A stretch of 64,000 nucleotides of DNA from Bacteroidales bacterium. GTDB lineage: Bacteria > Bacteroidota > Bacteroidia > Bacteroidales > JAAYUG01. Below, one piece after another: positions 1-7,826 of the stretch; position 1 is the first letter of the stretch, and every line of letters starts with the position of its first letter. The notes under the pieces are model-generated. The model was not told where the DNA came from. It did not search any database and worked only from the letters and a program-made list of their open reading frames with translations. The position numbers and the translations under genes were made by a program. The DNA lies in NCBI GenBank assembly GCA_012517825.1, contig JAAYUG010000111.1:4948-68947 (forward strand), given 5' to 3'.

Positions 1-247
1 TTCTCTCAAATGACCGGAGATTAATGCTTCCAGGGCTGTAAACCAATCCGCTTATGGCTTCCGGAAGAAAATCAAGTGAAAAGCCCTCATCGAGAACATT
101 GAGGCGAAAGTATTTCAAAGACGGATGTTCAGAATGAATCTCATTCTTATTAAAGCTTCCAAACACCTGGTGTCCAGCTTCAGCCAATTGCAATGCAATA
201 GCTTGGCCGATTCCCGAGGATGCACCAATGATCAGGTAGTTAGCCAT
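1..247 (-). CDS. SDR-family oxidoreductase, N-terminal 82 codons (gene runs off the window start)
   Basis: Reverse-strand translation from ATG (245-247): MANYLIIGASSGIGQAIALQLAEAGHQVFGSF...VYSPGSINLRSF. The glycine-rich GASSGIG motif is typical of short-chain dehydrogenases. Confidence 0.7.
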   Translation of the reverse strand, partial: MANYLIIGASSGIGQAIALQLAEAGHQVFGSFNKNEIHSEHPSLKYFRLNVLDEGFSLDFLPEAISGLVYSPGSINLRSFER

Positions 248-505
248 AGTTATGTCGTTAATAATTTAACACTAATAACAAATTGAATTTGTTTTTGTTA
301 ATGCCGGATTGAATTTTTGCCTGCGTTCTCAAGGCTCAGCCTTTCACCAGGAGGAGATTTCGGAAAATACCAGCCTGAGCGAAATGAATTTCTTATCAAC
401 CAAAATTCTTGCTTAAACCATTAATATTTTTTTAAAAAGTATATATGTAATTCAAATATATATTTAAAAACCATAGTCCTGAAGATTCTCAAGGAAGAAG
501 GACCA

Positions 506-778
506 ATGCACGGATATGCGCTTAGCCGGCGGGTTGAGGAACTTACAGAGGGTAAAATCCGGCTTTCCTACGGAGCGTTGTATCCGGTTCTTCATAAACT
601 GGAAAGGGGAAACATATTGACTAAAAGATCAGAGAATTACAACAACCGGGTGCGGATTTACTATAGCCTCACTCCCCGGGGGGAATCTCTGGTTTCGGAA
701 AAGATCAATGAGATGAAGGAATTTCTCGAATCTCTTCGGAGAATTGTAGAATTAAAGAGCGGCCTGAACTATGTATGA
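506..778 (+). CDS. PadR-family transcriptional regulator
   Basis: MHGYALSRRVEELTEGKIRLSYGALYPVLHKLERGNILT...YYSLTPRGE is a PadR winged-helix signature. PadR-like sequence (IVLKILKEEGP) continues in frame upstream of the ATG to about 473 with no canonical start codon, so the true start is uncertain. Confidence 0.75.
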   Translation: MHGYALSRRVEELTEGKIRLSYGALYPVLHKLERGNILTKRSENYNNRVRIYYSLTPRGESLVSEKINEMKEFLESLRRIVELKSGLNYV

Positions 779-1753
779 GCTCTCTCCGCAGGATGTCAAT
801 CAGATCAGCCATGATATCAGCAGGCTGGAAATCAATTTTTCTCCCCTTGCTGATGATCTCATTGATCATGTTTGCTGTAATGTGGAATATGAAATGATGA
901 AGGGGTTTGATTTTTCTGAAGCGTATGAAAAGGTGAAGAGGAAAATGGGTTCTTTGCGAAGATTAAGGAAAATTCAGGAAGCATCATTGTATGCAGTTGA
1001 CTCAAAATACAGAAAGATGAAAAACATGATGAAGATTTCAGGCATAGCCGGCACAATCATACTGGCTTTGGCCTCCTTGTTTAAGATCATGCACTGGCCC
1101 GGTGCCGGACGGGCTATCCTCATATCCCTGCCTTTTCCGTATATGGTATATTCACCTGTTTATCTTTCGATTACAAGAAAGGATCCCAGTCATTCCATTT
1201 GTCATATTATCATACCATTGCCGTACTTTTTCTGCTTGTTTTCATCTCAGCTTTCCCGGCATGGCTTTCTTTGAATGTGGCTAAGAACAAAATAGAAGAT
1301 AGTCTTTCTCTGGCAGCAAATAGCAGTCATGTAGCCAATGCTGTACCTTCTCCTTCGAAAGCTGGCGACACATATCAGGTTATCCGGAAAATAGATTATT
1401 TGCTGGACCTGGCAGCCCGGTATAGACAGCTGGATCTGCAATACTTTGGAATAAATTCTGAAGAATGGAACCACAATCCGCAGATTCTGCTTAATTCATC
1501 CAAATGGTCAAAATGGCCCAGGCCGAAAGTAAGCAAAGTATTGTTTCAGCGGGAAGAAGAAATCAAAACAAAGTTCCTTTGGGAATTGCAGGATCTGATC
1601 ATGTATCTTGAAAATCTTCCGGAGCATAGCAATCCGGCCCTTTCATTGCCTGAAATGCTGGGTGTAGAAAAACTGCCATCCGGTTGTTCAGATGGAAGTC
1701 GGATATTGAAGGAAGCAGCAATTTGGGGAGCAGTAATTTCCCCTGGTTTCTGA
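771..1753 (+). pseudogene. PadR-linked membrane protein (MHWPGAG motif), apparently frameshifted
   Basis: ORF 771-1274 (contains FKIMHWPGAG followed by a TM segment) overlaps ORF 1199-1753 by 76 nt in another frame. The second frame is open from 1085 and continues with a TM helix (HTIAVLFLLVFISAFPAWLSL). This fits a frame change near 1175-1195. Confidence 0.45.
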
Positions 1754-1924
1754 TTTATCTGAACCAGGCGGAAGCAAATCTGAAACTGAGCAGATTGACA
1801 TTATAACCCATTGCAGATTCTTTGATCACATTGGAAAAGTAATAGACATTTCTTCCTGCGAAAGGATGTTCTTTATGAAATGTGAGGGTAATCACTTCGT
1901 CCTGCAAAACAGGATGATATTTCC

Positions 1925-2581
1925 TCAGAATCGTATTCCGGCCCTTAATCCGGAACTGCTAAATAGGGAGAAGTTGACGAAGGAGGAGGGAGGTGTGGTT
2001 ACGGATGTGCCGGAATTGTTTCTTTCCTGTTCCAGGTAACGTGTGTAGGAAAAGCCAGGTGAAAATTCGAATCCGAGATAGAAATTATCGGTTACGTAAT
2101 AGTCGCAACCAGCCAGGCCTGATAAACCAAGCTCAAAATAGGCAGGATAATTCCCGTTAGTCCAGATGTTATGGGTGGTTATGTGTGTTGTGCCCGCAAT
2201 GTATTTTCCTCCGGAGGTTCTCCAGCCGAGTGTCAAAGCGGTACCAAGATACGGGGAAAACCTGCCGCTGCCTAAGTGTTTTTCCACCCCCGGGCTGAGG
2301 CTGAATTCGAAGGCAGTATTTTTTTCAATGTTTTCGTTGCTATTGAACGGATGGGATGTTCCGGAATTGAAGTTCATGCCGAGTCCCATACGAAACGCAA
2401 GATCCTCCTGCAGGAAAAAGCGGGCTTTCAGATAGGGCATTTGAAAAAGCGAGCCGGCTGAAGCGTCGAATAAAGCGGCGGGATTCAAGGTTATTTCAAA
2501 GGCATTTTTCCCTTTTTCCTGTCCGTTCGAAAGCATTGTGATTCCTGGAAAGAGCATCCATACAAAAAGCCATCTTTTCAT
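1925..2581 (-). CDS. Outer-membrane beta-barrel (porin-family) protein
   Basis: 218 aa with a signal peptide (MKRWLFVWMLFPGITMLSNGQ), alternating beta-strand pattern rich in G/Y/F, and a C-terminal aromatic residue (...GLRAGIRF). Confidence 0.65.
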   Translation of the reverse strand: MKRWLFVWMLFPGITMLSNGQEKGKNAFEITLNPAALFDASAGSLFQMPYLKARFFLQEDLAFRMGLGMNFNSGTSHPFNSNENIEKNTAFEFSLSPGVEKHLGSGRFSPYLGTALTLGWRTSGGKYIAGTTHITTHNIWTNGNYPAYFELGLSGLAGCDYYVTDNFYLGFEFSPGFSYTRYLEQERNNSGTSVTTPPSSFVNFSLFSSSGLRAGIRF

Positions 2582-2611
2582 AGCATTTTGAATTAGTTTG
2601 AATAAATGAGA

Positions 2612-4651
2612 TCAATACCCTTTTTTGGTGAAAAGCACAACCATGGTTTCTTCGGGATGAATTTTCACCCTGTACTTGTTCACTCTGCCATTTCCACTAG
2701 CAAAAATCATACCAGGAAGATATTCCCGGTTCCATACGATAAGCGGAATTTCCCGGGTTTTTGTGGATTTATTTACGATGATGCTGAGATACTTTTCGCC
2801 GCACTTCGCTGTTTTCATCAGTATGTTTTTTTGCGGGGAAGCAAACCTCACCGGGAAGGACGTTATGTTTTCCTTAACTTCCATTTGAAGCCAGGCAATC
2901 AGTGGTCCATAATCTTCCTGGATGCGGCTTCCGAGGCCGAGCAAAGAGGGGATCCACACTACTTCTCCCTGACCGAACCGGTTTCTGATACCGGCAGGTT
3001 CATTCCGGAAAGTGCAAATGACCTGGCCGGTACCGGGAGCGATGATTCCGCGCCAGAGGTGAGCCGGGAGGGTGTTATTTCCTATCCTTATTTCGAACAG
3101 GTTCTCAGTGAATTTAAATTCGCTGATGTTTCCTCCGAAAAGCCGTTCAAACGGGAACCCTGTTTTCATGGTATTATGGAGGTTTTCGTCGAAATAAGCC
3201 GTCAGCCCTTCAACGATGAGTTTACCTCCGTGGCTTACAAAATGTTCCAGAAGGGTTGCATAGCGTGAAGGGATGGCGATCTGATGGGCCAGAATGATGA
3301 CGGTTCCGGCATAGTTGTTCCGGGAAAAATCAAATTCTTCAAATGCGTTTATGCTGGCATTGATTCCAAGTTCACTTAGCGCTTCAAAGTAACCAAGGAT
3401 GGATTTCATCACCCCACCCGGGTTGCGTGCCTCGTAGTTTTGTGCCGAGCCGCCAGCCATTTTCTTTTCAGCCCAGAGGGACTCGCGGACGTATAAAAGG
3501 TGAATACCTGATTCAGTCTCCTGCAGACCGGTAAAAAGGTCGGGCCGTGATTGCAGGGTTTCAGCAACCTTTGCAATGGCCTGCATACGGTCGGATGGCC
3601 GGTTTTGAAAGTTCAGCAGGGCCCATTCTCCTGCTTCTATGCCGGAACTTCGCGGATTCAGAGACCAGAAAATTCCTCCCCTGGCTTCCGAGGCCAGAAG
3701 AATCCAGAGCCACTGGGTGATTTCTTCGGGTGAGGGACACATGGGGGCAAAACCGCTATACGTATTATTCCCTCCCTGGAGTTCAGTCATAAACCATGGC
3801 AGGTGACCTGCTCCGGAACGGATGATTTCGCTGTTGGCCGACATGGCAAGGGCATACTGCTGCCTGGTAAAGTACCCGAAATGCCATGAAGCATGGGCTG
3901 AACCTCCCAGATGAGAAAGGAAATTTCTCCACGAAGGGAAGTCGTATTCGGCACAGTTCTGAAAAATTGCATGATTGTTCACATGCAACTCATGTACTGT
4001 GTCGTATTTTTGTATTTCATCGGCAATCCATTGCAGGTACCAGGTGTTGAGATCGCGAAGGAAGGCCTGATCGGTCAGGTCAAGCAGTATCGGGTATCCT
4101 TTTTCGGTAAATTCTCTGAGCGGATGATTCTGCAACCATTCTTTATAGCGTTTGCGGGTAAATTCGTTTTTCGGTATTTCACCACCTGTTCCGGGTTCAT
4201 TGATCAGCACCCAGCCTCTTAAAGCGGGAAACCGGCTGTAATGGGTAACCAGTTTTTCAATGTAAGCTGCAACCGACCGAAGGTGCTCTTCATCGCGGGG
4301 AAATTTGAATCCTCCGATGTCAGTTTTTTCCGTTGCCGGAAACAGGGTGGCAAAGACCTGAATGCCGCAACGTTCTGCTGCATGGAAAGCCTCATCAAAC
4401 AAAGAGAAATCCCATACCGAATCACCTTTGTGCATGTACGATTCGAACATGCGGATACGGCATACCGTCATGTGGTTGTCTTTTATAGCCCGGAACCAGG
4501 AATCAATTTCACCGGGAGTCTGACCGGGTTCAATAAATACCTGCGCCCCTAAAAAAGGGAGTTGTCTTTCAGTATTCTGTGCAGATAACGACCTGGAGAG
4601 GATCATACCAACACCGATTAATAAACAGGTAATAAGGACAGGTTTCTGCAT
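2612..4651 (-). CDS. GH42-like glycoside hydrolase (beta-galactosidase family) with signal peptide
   Basis: 679 aa. It has a TIM-barrel type N-terminal half with WVLINEPG (acid/base-like NEP motif) and PWFMTELQGG (nucleophile-like), followed by a trimerisation-like middle domain. The N-terminus (MQKPVLITCLLIGVGMILSRSLSAQ) looks like a signal peptide. Confidence 0.65.
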   Translation of the reverse strand: MQKPVLITCLLIGVGMILSRSLSAQNTERQLPFLGAQVFIEPGQTPGEIDSWFRAIKDNHMTVCRIRMFESYMHKGDSVWDFSLFDEAFHAAERCGIQVFATLFPATEKTDIGGFKFPRDEEHLRSVAAYIEKLVTHYSRFPALRGWVLINEPGTGGEIPKNEFTRKRYKEWLQNHPLREFTEKGYPILLDLTDQAFLRDLNTWYLQWIADEIQKYDTVHELHVNNHAIFQNCAEYDFPSWRNFLSHLGGSAHASWHFGYFTRQQYALAMSANSEIIRSGAGHLPWFMTELQGGNNTYSGFAPMCPSPEEITQWLWILLASEARGGIFWSLNPRSSGIEAGEWALLNFQNRPSDRMQAIAKVAETLQSRPDLFTGLQETESGIHLLYVRESLWAEKKMAGGSAQNYEARNPGGVMKSILGYFEALSELGINASINAFEEFDFSRNNYAGTVIILAHQIAIPSRYATLLEHFVSHGGKLIVEGLTAYFDENLHNTMKTGFPFERLFGGNISEFKFTENLFEIRIGNNTLPAHLWRGIIAPGTGQVICTFRNEPAGIRNRFGQGEVVWIPSLLGLGSRIQEDYGPLIAWLQMEVKENITSFPVRFASPQKNILMKTAKCGEKYLSIIVNKSTKTREIPLIVWNREYLPGMIFASGNGRVNKYRVKIHPEETMVVLFTKKGY

Positions 4652-4768
4652 AGGAAAAATTATACAGCGAATTTAACAAAAGAAGATGATTGCGCATAAT
4701 TCAGACTTATTCATATGGGGCCGAAGAAATGAGGTAAACCAGATGAATTGATTCCTAAAGAAATGCAC

Positions 4769-4943
4769 CTGAGTAAAAAATCGCCTGAAGTGCGATTAAA
4801 CACATAGGAAACACATAGGACACATAGAAGCACATAGGACGCATAGAAATCACATAGGACACATAGGAAACACATAGGAGACATAGGGTGTGCCGTTGCC
4901 TCTATGTGTTCTATGTTAACCTATGTACCTATGTGTTAAAAAA
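4769..4943. repeat. Composite repeat hairpin, copy A: 9 direct (C)ACATAG units, loop, 4 inverted CTATGT(G) units
   Basis: ACATAG/GCATAG starts at 4802, 4813, 4822, 4832, 4841, 4852, 4861, 4872 and 4881. The loop contains TGTGCCGTTGCC. CTATGT starts at 4902, 4911, 4921 and 4929. The element ends in GTTAAAAAA. Confidence 0.9.
4775..4798 (-). terminator. Weak hairpin plus T6 on the minus strand
   Basis: Minus strand reads AATCGCACTTCAGGCGATTTTTT: a 5-6 bp stem, a 7-nt loop and a T-run. It lies downstream (minus sense) of the repeat elements and upstream of the GH42-like gene. Confidence 0.3.
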
Positions 4944-4950
4944 GAGGGTA

Positions 4951-5081
4951 GCTGAGTAAAACACATAGTACACATAGAAACACATAGAGCACATAGGACG
5001 CATAGGAAGCACATAGGACACATAGGGTGTGCCGTTGCCTCTATGTGTTCTATGTCAATCTATGTGTCTATGTGTTAAAAA
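4951..5081. repeat. Composite repeat hairpin, copy B: 7 direct units, same loop, 4 inverted units
   Basis: ACATAG/GCATAG starts at 4963, 4972, 4982, 4991, 5000, 5011 and 5020. CTATGT starts at 5041, 5050, 5060 and 5068. The 36-nt core ACATAGGGTGTGCCGTTGCCTCTATGTGTTCTATGT is identical to copy A. Confidence 0.9.
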
Positions 5082-5164
5082 CCCGAAGATCAATAACAGT
5101 ACGCAATGCTTTTTTGACAGTGGTTTTTTTCAGGCAGTCGTTAAAAATGATGCGTAGTTCAGGA

Positions 5165-5716
5165 TTATTTAAGCAGAGAGAGGAGGGTTTGCCGCAGCAA
5201 TTCTCCGCGCAGACCCCTGGCTACAATAATTCCGTTTCCGTCGAGGAGGAAGTTCATGGGAATGCCATCGACCTGATAAAGAGCGGCAGCCTCAGAATTC
5301 CAGAATTTGAGGTCACTTACATGGTAAGGCCAGTTCAGGTTATCTTCTTTTATGCCCCTGAGCCAGGCATCACGCGAGCGGTCGAGGGATACGCTGTACA
5401 CAGTAAAACCCTGTCCTTTGGTAAAGGATTTGTCTTTGAATTCGTTATACACTTTCACCAGATTTGGGTTTTCTGCTCGGCAGGGCGGGCACCACGAAGC
5501 CCAGAAATCAATTAGCACCATTTTTCCGCGGAGGGAAGAAAGGGCAATTTCTTTTCCGTCAGGAGATGGAAGCACTATTTCCGGAGCTTGATTACCGGGT
5601 TCAAGTCCGATTACTACTCCGGCCGGAGAAGAACTTCCGGACTGTTTGTTACCCGATGATCGGTTACATGATATTATAAGAGCAGAAAAGGCAAGGATAA
5701 GGGCTATCTGTTTCAT
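5165..5716 (-). CDS. TlpA/AhpC-like thiol:disulfide oxidoreductase lipoprotein
   Basis: From the internal ATG at 5716: MKQIALILAFSALIISCNRSS (lipobox-like), then FWASWCPPCRAENP (thioredoxin-fold CxxC). The longer ORF reaching 5908 overlaps murA and was not used. Confidence 0.8.
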   Translation of the reverse strand: MKQIALILAFSALIISCNRSSGNKQSGSSSPAGVVIGLEPGNQAPEIVLPSPDGKEIALSSLRGKMVLIDFWASWCPPCRAENPNLVKVYNEFKDKSFTKGQGFTVYSVSLDRSRDAWLRGIKEDNLNWPYHVSDLKFWNSEAAALYQVDGIPMNFLLDGNGIIVARGLRGELLRQTLLSLLK

Positions 5717-5783
5717 AGGGTAGTTTTTGTTTAAAAGATTAGACGAATGCATCTGTTGCAACCTCATTGTATTGGATAACAAT

Positions 5784-7094
5784 TCAGGGCTCAATTCGTT
5801 CAATATGTGCTCCCAGTTGGTTGAGGCGCTCGTCGATTTTTTCGTATCCGCGGTCAATCTGTTCAATGTTGTGGATAATGCTTTTTCCCTGAGCCGACAG
5901 GGCAGCAATCAGCAGGGCGACGCCGGCACGGATGTCGGGTGAGGTCATAGTGGTTCCCCGAAGCTGGAAGCGGCGGTTCAGTCCGATGACGGTAGCTCTG
6001 TGCGGATCGCAGAGGATAATCTGGGCGCCCATGTCGATCAGTTTGTCGACAAAGAAAAGGCGGCTTTCGAACATTTTCTGGTGGATGAGCACACTGCCCT
6101 TGGCCTGGGTTGCAATTACCAGCATCACACTCAGGAGGTCGGGGGTAAATCCTGGCCAGGGTGCATCGGAAATGGTAAGAATGGAGCCGTCGATGAATGT
6201 GTCGATTTCATATTCTTTCTGGGCAGGGATATAGATATCATCGTCCCTTTTTTCGAACCGGATGCCCATGCGGCTGAACCACCAGGGAATAATACCAAGG
6301 TTTTGCCAGGAAACGTTTCTAATTGTAATCTCTGATTGGGTCATGGCGGCCAGACCGATAAAGCTTCCGGTTTCGATCATGTCGGGCAGAAGGCGGTGTT
6401 CACATCCATGAAGTGATTCCACTCCTTCGATGGTGAGAAGATTGGAGCCTATTCCCGATATGCGAGCCCCCATGCGGTTAAGCATATGGCAAAGCTGTTG
6501 CACATAAGGTTCGCAGGCAGCATTGTAGATGGTGGTGGTTCCCTTTGCCAGCACGGCCGTCATAATAATGTTGGCCGTTCCGGTAACCGAAGCTTCATCC
6601 AGGAGAATGTACCCTCCATGGAGGTTTTTTGCCTCAATGGTATAGGTATGCTGGTCGGGATGATAAGTAAAGTGGGCACCCAGCTGCTGGAGGCCGAGGA
6701 AGTGTGTATCGAGCCGCCGACGTCCGATTTTATCTCCGCCCGGCTGTGGGATGCTTCCGAAGCCAAAACGGGCCAGGAGAGGGCCAATGACCATCACTGA
6801 TCCCCTCAGACTTGATCCGAGTTTTTTGAATTCTTCGCTTCGCAAAGCTTCGGGATGGATGTTTTTTGCCTGGAACGAGTAAACCCCATGGCTGACATGA
6901 TTTACCTCAACTCCCAGTATGCGAAGGAGATCAATCAGTATGAGCACATCTCGTATTTCGGGAATGTTGGATATGGTTACTTTGTCGGGCGTGAGAAGTG
7001 TTGCACTGATTACCTGCAGGGCTTCGTTTTTGGCACCCTGTGGTACGATCTCACCCCGGAGGCTATGGCCTCCTTCTATGACAAAGGTACTCAT
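5784..7094 (-). CDS. murA: UDP-N-acetylglucosamine 1-carboxyvinyltransferase
   Basis: 436 aa, [35 protein letters not shown]...; full-length MurA-type sequence. Confidence 0.93.
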   Translation of the reverse strand: MSTFVIEGGHSLRGEIVPQGAKNEALQVISATLLTPDKVTISNIPEIRDVLILIDLLRILGVEVNHVSHGVYSFQAKNIHPEALRSEEFKKLGSSLRGSVMVIGPLLARFGFGSIPQPGGDKIGRRRLDTHFLGLQQLGAHFTYHPDQHTYTIEAKNLHGGYILLDEASVTGTANIIMTAVLAKGTTTIYNAACEPYVQQLCHMLNRMGARISGIGSNLLTIEGVESLHGCEHRLLPDMIETGSFIGLAAMTQSEITIRNVSWQNLGIIPWWFSRMGIRFEKRDDDIYIPAQKEYEIDTFIDGSILTISDAPWPGFTPDLLSVMLVIATQAKGSVLIHQKMFESRLFFVDKLIDMGAQIILCDPHRATVIGLNRRFQLRGTTMTSPDIRAGVALLIAALSAQGKSIIHNIEQIDRGYEKIDERLNQLGAHIERIEP

Positions 7095-7109
7095 GCGCGG
7101 GCAAGGTAA

Positions 7110-7718
7110 TTACCGTGGTTTATTCCGTTGATTATTCCGTTTCTTGTTCCTGATTTTTGGGGCGAGAAGCTCCCGTGTTTCTGATAGGTGCATGTCGGGC
7201 GGAAACTGAATGTCCTGTCCGATCATTTCCTTCAGGTCGTTGAAAATAACTTCATCACTTACCTGTTCCCTGTTCCATGTAAGATAAAGCTTTTTCATGT
7301 GGTTGGCCAGATTGCGCAACATTTCCATGCGCCGCTGTTCATCTTCCACCTTCATGATTTCTTTGGCCAGCATTTCAACAACCTTTCCGTAGTGCCGGAA
7401 ACGGATTTCACCCGAAGGGTAAGGAATGCGGTTGGGTTTTTCTTCCAGCACCTCCTTTTTGGGCATTTCGTAAGGACTGTCGATATCCAGCTTATAGTCG
7501 GCCATAATCATGAGGTGGTCCCAGAGTTTATGCCGGAAGTCGCTCTGGTCGCGCAGGTGGGGGTTAAGGTTTCCCATAACGGCAATGACCGTCTGGGCCG
7601 CCTTGTTGCGCAGTTCCCTGTCTTCGATAGTAAGCAGGTGATCGACCATGATCTGCACATTCCGGCCGTACTCTGGCAAAACAAGCTTCTTGCGCGTGGT
7701 ATTGTAATCCTTGAACAT
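7110..7718 (-). CDS. DUF4290-like protein (conserved upstream partner of murA in Bacteroidota)
   Basis: MFKDYNTTRKKLVLPEYGRNVQIMVDHLLTIEDRELRNKAAQTVIAVMGNLNPHLRD. ATG at 7716-7718 is preferred over the TTG at 7739. Confidence 0.7.
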   Translation of the reverse strand: MFKDYNTTRKKLVLPEYGRNVQIMVDHLLTIEDRELRNKAAQTVIAVMGNLNPHLRDQSDFRHKLWDHLMIMADYKLDIDSPYEMPKKEVLEEKPNRIPYPSGEIRFRHYGKVVEMLAKEIMKVEDEQRRMEMLRNLANHMKKLYLTWNREQVSDEVIFNDLKEMIGQDIQFPPDMHLSETRELLAPKIRNKKRNNQRNKPR

Positions 7719-7826
7719 ACGAAGGGATTTTGTTGGCAAAACTACTATTTTTTAATTGATTCAGTATGTTGGGTGTATGAAAATTGCCGGCAATGAAAAA
7801 ACAAACAGGCAGGTGCGATGGTAAAA

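Noticed and set aside
2606-3268. 220-aa plus-strand ORF
   Set aside because: It lies antisense within the GH42-like gene and has no recognisable motifs.
4760-5030. Cys-rich small ORFs on the minus strand inside the repeats: MCPMCFLCVLCALCVSMCTMCFTQLPSFLTHRYIG (35 aa) from copy B, and an ORF beginning MSPMCFLCVLCDFYASYVLLCVLCVSYVF... (over 50 codons) from copy A
   Set aside because: CTATGTG contains no stop codon in any of its three frames, so open frames are an automatic by-product of the repeat. The 9/10-bp unit spacing shifts frame between units, and the two peptides agree only over the first 11 residues, where the DNA is identical. No ribosome-binding context is evident. They are worth remembering only if ribosome profiling shows translation.
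4801-5081. CRISPR array
   Set aside because: The units are 9-11 bp and directly abutting, with no unique spacers. Inverted copies of the same unit follow. No cas genes are in the window.
5027-5515. Plus-strand 162-aa ORF starting inside repeat copy B (MCRCLYVFYVNLCVYV...)
   Set aside because: It starts at a GTG in the hairpin loop and then runs antisense through the TlpA-like gene. The composition is repeat-derived at the N-terminus.
5717-5908. 64-codon N-terminal extension of the TlpA-like ORF
   Set aside because: It overlaps the 3' end of murA by 125 nt. The internal ATG at 5716 is followed by a textbook lipoprotein signal peptide.
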